NCBI RefSeq assembly: GCF_026210795.1
Contig: NC_089433.1
Span: forward strand, 1,922,001-1,986,000
Length of the DNA stretch: 64,000 bases
DNA from: Rhizophagus irregularis
Taxonomy: Eukaryota
Reading direction: 5' to 3'
This document shows, in pieces, positions 61,179 to 64,000 of the stretch. The position numbers and the translations under genes are program-made. The notes below the pieces were generated by a model that worked only from the letters and a program-made list of their open reading frames with translations, did not search any database and had not been told where the DNA came from. How positions within the stretch are numbered: position 1 is the stretch's first letter; every line of letters starts with the position of its first letter.

Positions 61179-64000
61179 GGCAAATGTGGCATAGTAGCCT
61201 TTATCTTTATTAAATTTATTCGAACATTACAATTTACAAAAAATAAAAAGAAAAATATAAAAATAAAACTAACTAAAAACAAAGCTATATAGTCTCCTAA
61301 GAAAAAATAAAGTAAAAAAATTAATCTAAAAAAGAAAAATCGCATTACACTAAATTTCCCCAGATCTTCTCCCTTGATATATTCCAACCAAAGTAGAAGC
61401 AACTATGCTAACAAAATAACGAACAGCGCGCCCACTATAAAAATCGACACTCCATCCTGCAAAAGCTGTTATTAAGTAGCACCGTTAGACGACCCATAAA
61501 ACCCGAAAAGTGATTAAACCAAGGCAAACCATATTTCATCGAGTTTTTCAACCAATCGGTTCCGGAGTCACGTGAATCGTGTAGGGTCGGAGGTGGTAAA
61601 GATGAGTAAGGTATGTATATTGACAAAGGCAAATTAGATGGCTTCGGAGTAGTTTTCAATTTATAGGTGATATTCATCGCGTTTTCCCATCTACATTTTT
61701 CATAAGAACGCGGATTCCAAATTCGTCTTCTGAATTTTTGAACAAAATTATTGTGAATAGCAGCGACAACCTTAATCGCAGAAAATCTTGGAATGGATAA
61801 ATCGACAAATAAGTCGATAAAAAGTTTGGGTAAACAACCACGGACAAGGGCAAAAGAGGACCAATTTGTAGAAGAAAAGGACCAGCATGAAAGAGAAGTG
61901 AGTTTAGCAATAAATGGAGTAGGATCAATGTTAGCCAATATACCGGCATCCAGAATTTTGGAAATCAAATGTTTTTGATAAGATTGGAGAATTTGTTGCA
62001 TAGGTAGACGACGTCTTTTGCACATAAAAAGGTGCATTAGGTCTTCCATGCGGTCGATACAAGAACGGCAAGTTAATTCGTCTATGTATAAGTCAGGTCG
62101 GGTCCGTTTAAGCTTTTCCAATGTAGGCAAATCATCCAAGAAGAGTTTGAATTTAAAGGTTAAATGTCTTGAAGCGTGCTCGAGAGTAAAAGATGCGTCA
62201 TAAGAAGGTTTGAAATTCAAAGTGAACCAAGTAAGTTCCCAGTCAACAATATAATCTGTATTAGATGATAATAAAGAAATAAAGTAAAATCGCGTTAAAT
62301 TTAACAAGTCACGCATTAACTGCGTTTGATAATATTGTTTGAGGAGGTGTCGTGGATTAGATTCACAGACTATATCATTGTCATAAGTTAAAACAAAATC
62401 ATGGGCAGAGGCTAGGTCCATTCCAGAAATCAAAATACTGGATGACGCAGTATGAGCAGTGTTGGCCAAGGAATCAGCGAAATCATTTAAATAGTTGCCA
62501 GAGTGAGCTTTAACTTTGACAGGAAGAACTGTCAAATTCTTGGAAAGGATGGTCCGTTCAATAATAGCCCAAAGCTCAAAATTGGAAGTTTTATAGTACA
62601 AACGACTATTCAAGTAGACGGAGGAAGAGCAACTTCGAAGACCATCAATGGCAGTTTGCGAGTCAGTATAAATAGTAACTTCTGAGTCGCGAGGGGAAAT
62701 GGTTAAAACTGCGTAAATAGCGGCAGCTTCAGCTCGAAAAGAAGAAGGATTATCTCGAATAAGGCCATGAGCATAAGTGGCAATGGAGTTGGGAAAACCA
62801 GCATCTGGAACAATTTGCATCCAGGACCAGCCCATGGAAACATCAGGGGTGCCTAGATTAATAAGGGACCCATCAGTGAAAAAGATATAACGTGAGTCTG
62901 AAGACACAACCAACGGGGAATTTGAAAAAACAGCAGCAGCTGAGGATTCTATAGTGATAGGAGGAGCAAAAGCTTCAACAATATCATCAGAAGAAGAGAC
63001 AAAATCAAAATCCAATCGACTATAATAAAGACGGACACCATCTTCTATATCAGCCCAAGTAAAAGAAGAAGTCACTTCAGAAGTGTTGCGTCTAATTCGC
63101 TCATTGGTGGTCGGCAAAATAAGCGAATGTTGTAAAGAAACCGTAGGCGTGCAAAGGGTTAAATCAGCATTCTGTTTTTTGGAAGGAGGCAAAGGAGTAT
63201 GAGCAGCGCAACCAGGGCAAGGAGAAAGTCTAATGAGATCACCAGGTGAAGATTCACAATCAGGAGAAATCCAATGGACAATAGAACAAGTACCACGACT
63301 TGCTTGGACCAAAAGCTGTTTGCCAAAGAGGGGAGAGCCGTAGTCGTCTAACGTGACAATCCAATTTTTAGTAGTGGGAGGAGAGGATGTGCAAGGAGCC
63401 AATTCATAAAATGAAGAGTCAATCGTAGGCGTAGCAATAAACTGAGCCAGCAAACGATTGTTGGTGTCAGGAATAGTGGTAGCTTGCTGGATATCTTTAT
63501 ACCAATAGGGGATACGGCCAGGGCCACGTCGTCCAACCAAATTATCATAATAGGCTTTCCAGGAAATTAAATGAGTTCCTTGAGGAGTGACAAGCTGAGA
63601 TAGATAAAACAATTGACATTTTCGCAAAATAGGAAAATACGCTTTGAAGGCCTTAGGTGTCATGCATTCGAATAAAGGAACGCGTCCATTCAACAAAGTT
63701 AGGTTCGGAAGCTTCGAAAGTTGAGTATGAAGCAAACGAAAAGGAGTAGAAGATAAGAGAGCAATAGTGCATGCGATATAATCTTTCTTAAAAGAAAAAA
63801 AGAGAAGACCATATAGACCAGTCCTTAATTAAAAGAGGAGAAATAGGAATTAAAAAATTATATTGTATCAAACTCAATCTATAAATAAAAAGAGATTGAA
63901 TAAAAGAAAAAGAAGAATTAGCCATTAAAAATAAATTAGTAATATGACATTGTCGTTGATGAGCAAACAAATTAGTCAAGCCTAAGGCTTGAGATAAAAA
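61179..64000 (-). mobile_element. LINE family A, copy A4 (3' part; continues beyond the window)
   Basis: Homologous to A1 and A2, including the 3' UTR. Abuts the 5' end of A3 through duplicated target-like sequence. Confidence 0.92.
61435..63735 (-). CDS. C-terminal open segment of LINE A4 ORF2 (RNase H and zinc finger)
   Basis: 766-aa open frame with FFTDGSL, RAEAAAIY, IYTDSQ, KVKAHSGNYLNDFADSLA and CRSC..HLFMC. It is part of a longer ORF2 that is frameshifted upstream. Confidence 0.75.
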   Translation of the reverse strand: MLHTQLSKLPNLTLLNGRVPLFECMTPKAFKAYFPILRKCQLFYLSQLVTPQGTHLISWKAYYDNLVGRRGPGRIPYWYKDIQQATTIPDTNNRLLAQFIATPTIDSSFYELAPCTSSPPTTKNWIVTLDDYGSPLFGKQLLVQASRGTCSIVHWISPDCESSPGDLIRLSPCPGCAAHTPLPPSKKQNADLTLCTPTVSLQHSLILPTTNERIRRNTSEVTSSFTWADIEDGVRLYYSRLDFDFVSSSDDIVEAFAPPITIESSAAAVFSNSPLVVSSDSRYIFFTDGSLINLGTPDVSMGWSWMQIVPDAGFPNSIATYAHGLIRDNPSSFRAEAAAIYAVLTISPRDSEVTIYTDSQTAIDGLRSCSSSVYLNSRLYYKTSNFELWAIIERTILSKNLTVLPVKVKAHSGNYLNDFADSLANTAHTASSSILISGMDLASAHDFVLTYDNDIVCESNPRHLLKQYYQTQLMRDLLNLTRFYFISLLSSNTDYIVDWELTWFTLNFKPSYDASFTLEHASRHLTFKFKLFLDDLPTLEKLKRTRPDLYIDELTCRSCIDRMEDLMHLFMCKRRRLPMQQILQSYQKHLISKILDAGILANIDPTPFIAKLTSLSCWSFSSTNWSSFALVRGCLPKLFIDLFVDLSIPRFSAIKVVAAIHNNFVQKFRRRIWNPRSYEKCRWENAMNITYKLKTTPKPSNLPLSIYIPYSSLPPPTLHDSRDSGTDWLKNSMKYGLPWFNHFSGFMGRLTVLLNNSFCRMECRFL

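Overview
This is eukaryotic, very AT-rich DNA with short GT-AG introns. I infer an arbuscular mycorrhizal fungus (Glomeromycota, Rhizophagus-like); this is not proven. No ordinary host gene is recognisable, and the window is a nest of transposable elements. (1) Two Plavaka-type (CMC-related) DNA transposons have CATCAGGAA termini. One is complete (44134-55534, 2-bp GA TSD) and carries a spliced Myb/SANT-like gene. (2) Two families of non-LTR retrotransposons encode an RRM/knuckle ORF1 and an APE-RT-RNase H ORF2. (3) The main result is an apparent site-specific LINE/SINE system. Five ~970-bp tRNA-derived SINE copies, each with two Pol III-like modules, plus one full-length family-B LINE are stacked head-to-tail. 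Every junction carries the same 14-bp sequence TTTTATCCTTTTAC, and this target lies inside a DNA-transposon-like element. Family-A LINEs likewise form tandems joined by TGGTTTTTGACTAGT, which looks like a CACTA terminus. (4) An 8-kb CACTG element has no transposase ORF but is filled with repeated micro-exon/intron modules. (5) Many MITEs occur, with 3-bp, 8-bp or TA target duplications. Coordinates were read by eye. TSD/TIR boundaries were checked base by base; other boundaries are approximate.
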